From the IMG/VR virus record IMGVR_UViG_2548876946_000002, positions 1 through 7,747 of that record: a DNA stretch of 7,747 bases; one strand, given 5' to 3'. A model generated the notes under the pieces. It saw only the letters and a program-made list of their open reading frames with translations. It searched no databases and was not told the DNA's origin. Each line of letters starts with the position of its first letter. Position 1 is the first letter of the stretch. This document shows, piece by piece, positions 5,745 to 7,747 of this stretch. The translations under genes and the position numbers were made by a program. The DNA is from a virus. Lineage: Duplodnaviria > Heunggongvirae > Uroviricota > Caudoviricetes.

Positions 5745-7733
5745 ATGGCAGAGACATTAGAGAAAAAACATGAGCGGATCATGCTCAGGTTTGACCGCGC
5801 CTATTCTCCACAGCAGGAAGTGCGCGAAAAGTGCATTGAAGCTACGAGGTTTGCTCGTGTCCCCGGAGGTCAATGGGAAGGAGCAACGGCGGCTGGAACT
5901 AAGCTTGATGAGCAGTTCGAGAAGTATCCTAAGTTTGAAATCAATAAGGTAGCAACTGAACTTAACCGCATCATTGCAGAATACCGCAATAACAGAATCA
6001 CCGTTAAGTTTCGTCCTGGTGACAGAGAGGCAAGCGAAGAGTTAGCCAATAAATTAAATGGTCTGTTCCGTGCTGACTACGAAGAAACTGATGGCGGTGA
6101 GGCTTGTGATAATGCATTTGACGACGCTGCTACTGGTGGTTTCGGTTGCTTCCGTTTGACGTCGATGCTGGTCAATGAATACGACCCCATGGACGATCGT
6201 CAGCGTATTGCTATTGAACCAATATACGACCCGTCGCGCTCTGTGTGGTTTGACCCTGACGCTAAGAAGTACGACAAATCTGACGCGTTGTGGGCGTTCT
6301 GCATGTATTCGTTGTCACCTGAAAAATATGAGGCTGAATACGGAAAGAAACCTCCTGCTTCTCTGGATGTAACGTCTATGACCAGTTGGGAATATGACTG
6401 GTTTGATGCAGATGTTATTTACATAGCGAAGTATTACGAAGTTCGTAAAGAGTCTGTTGACGTCATCAGTTATCGACATCCAATCACTGGAGAGATTGCA
6501 ACATACGACAGTGATCAGGTTGAAGATATTGAAGATGAACTGGCAATAACTGGATTTCATGAAGTGGCAAGGCGCTCAGTGAAGCGCCGTCGTGTGTATG
6601 TATCCGTAGTGGATGGTGATGGTTTCCTTGAGAAACCTCGACGTATTCCTGGTGAGCATATCCCCCTCATCCCGGTTTATGGAAAACGCTGGTTCATTGA
6701 TGACATTGAGCGTGTCGAAGGACATATTGCAAAAGCAATGGATCCACAGCGTTTGTACAACCTTCAGGTATCAATGCTGGCTGATACTGCAGCGCAAGAC
6801 CCCGGTCAGATCCCTATAGTTGGCATGGAGCAAATTCGTGGACTTGAGAAGCACTGGGAGGCTCGCAACAAGAAACGCCCAGCGTTCTTGCCGTTGCGCG
6901 AAGTGAGAGATAAATCTGGCAACATTATCGCTGGAGCAACCCCGGCAGGATATACACAGCCTGCGGTTATGAATCAGGCATTGGCTGCATTACTACAGCA
7001 AACCAGTGCTGATATTCAGGAGGTTACAGGCGGCAGTCAGGCCATGCAGCAGATGCCAAGTAATATTGCTCAGGAAACGGTTAACAACTTGATGAACAGA
7101 GCAGATATGGCTTCGTTTATCTATCTGGACAATATGGCGAAAAGTCTTAAACGCGCTGGTGAAGTATGGCTGTCAATGGCGCGTGAAGTGTACGGTTCAG
7201 AGCGTGAAGTGCGCATCGTTAACGAAGATGGAAGTGATGATATCGCTGTCCTGAGCGCACAGGTTGTTGACAGGCAAACAGGTGCTGTTGTTGCGTTAAA
7301 TGACCTTTCTGTCGGTCGATACGATGTGACGGTTGATGTTGGACCAAGCTACACAGCACGACGTGATGCAACGGTTTCTGTACTGACAAATGTCCTTAGC
7401 TCTATGCTTCCAACAGACCCAATGCGCCCGGCAATTCAGGGTATTATTCTGGACAATATCGATGGCGAAGGCCTTGATGACTTCAAAGAGTACAACCGAA
7501 ACCAACTGCTGATATCTGGTATTGCAAAACCACGCAATGAGAAAGAGCAGCAGATTGTTCAACAGGCGCAAATGGCAGCACAAAGCCAGCCAAATCCTGA
7601 AATGGTTCTCGCTCAGGCGCAAATGGTAGCAGCGCAGGCAGAAGCGCAAAAAGCAACTAACGAAACTGCTCAAACTCAAATCAAAGCATTTACTGAACCG
7701 CCCCGGTTTTCCTGGAGAGTGTTTTATCTGTGA
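5745..7733 (+). CDS. portal protein (P22 gp1 / Sf6 gp3 type), 3' end interrupted by an IS insertion
   Basis: Motifs IAKYYEV, VKRRRVYVSVVDGDG, IPGEHIPLIPVYGKRWF, VNNLMNRADMASFIYLDN and GRYDVTVDVGPSY align with P22 portal as recalled. Start set at ATG 5745, 2 nt after the terminase stop; the ORF track's 5673 start is an upstream GTG extension. Portal-like sequence ends at ...TQIKAF (about 7694); the last 13 codons to TGA 7731-7733 read into IS sequence. Confidence 0.85.
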   Translation: MAETLEKKHERIMLRFDRAYSPQQEVREKCIEATRFARVPGGQWEGATAAGTKLDEQFEKYPKFEINKVATELNRIIAEYRNNRITVKFRPGDREASEELANKLNGLFRADYEETDGGEACDNAFDDAATGGFGCFRLTSMLVNEYDPMDDRQRIAIEPIYDPSRSVWFDPDAKKYDKSDALWAFCMYSLSPEKYEAEYGKKPPASLDVTSMTSWEYDWFDADVIYIAKYYEVRKESVDVISYRHPITGEIATYDSDQVEDIEDELAITGFHEVARRSVKRRRVYVSVVDGDGFLEKPRRIPGEHIPLIPVYGKRWFIDDIERVEGHIAKAMDPQRLYNLQVSMLADTAAQDPGQIPIVGMEQIRGLEKHWEARNKKRPAFLPLREVRDKSGNIIAGATPAGYTQPAVMNQALAALLQQTSADIQEVTGGSQAMQQMPSNIAQETVNNLMNRADMASFIYLDNMAKSLKRAGEVWLSMAREVYGSEREVRIVNEDGSDDIAVLSAQVVDRQTGAVVALNDLSVGRYDVTVDVGPSYTARRDATVSVLTNVLSSMLPTDPMRPAIQGIILDNIDGEGLDDFKEYNRNQLLISGIAKPRNEKEQQIVQQAQMAAQSQPNPEMVLAQAQMVAAQAEAQKATNETAQTQIKAFTEPPRFSWRVFYL

Positions 7734-7747
7734 ACTCAGGCTGCCAG
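7695..7747. mobile_element. terminal inverted repeat of an IS3-family insertion sequence (IS629/IS1203-like), partial, continues beyond the window
   Basis: TGAACCGCCCCGGTTTTCCTGGAGAGTGTTTTATCTGTGAACTCAGGCTGCCAG starts with the IS3-family TG terminus and closely matches the IS629 terminal repeat as I remember it. The orientation suggests the right end is read on the + strand, with transposase genes on the minus strand outside the window. The junction falls inside the portal reading frame. Confidence 0.6.

Noticed and set aside
1-7747. CRISPR arrays, rRNA, or integrase/attachment sites
   Set aside because: No regularly spaced direct repeats, no rRNA-like sequence and no integrase-like ORF were seen. 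The window is almost entirely densely packed + strand phage late genes.

Overview
This window reads as the late region of a mosaic lambdoid/P22-like prophage of an enterobacterium, all genes on the + strand. From left to right: the 3' end of a Q-like antiterminator gene; a non-coding region with a candidate late promoter, two intrinsic terminators and a degenerate tRNA-like element; a lysis cassette whose S holin and R endolysin are near-identical to phage lambda, with a divergent Rz and embedded Rz1; a terminator-bounded non-coding stretch; a small cargo slot (Rha-family regulator, an N4 gp49/Sf6 gp66-like protein, an 80-aa acidic protein, and a possible 23-codon micro-ORF); and an Sf6-type packaging module (small terminase, large terminase, portal). 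The portal gene is cut near its 3' end by what looks like the terminal inverted repeat of an IS3-family (IS629-like) element running off the right edge, so the prophage is probably defective or recently hit by an IS. I see no CRISPR array, rRNA, canonical tRNA or convincing minus-strand gene, and no clear evidence of a novel multi-gene system; the most open questions are the small cargo genes and the structured non-coding regions. All homology statements come from reading the translations against remembered protein families; no database search was run.
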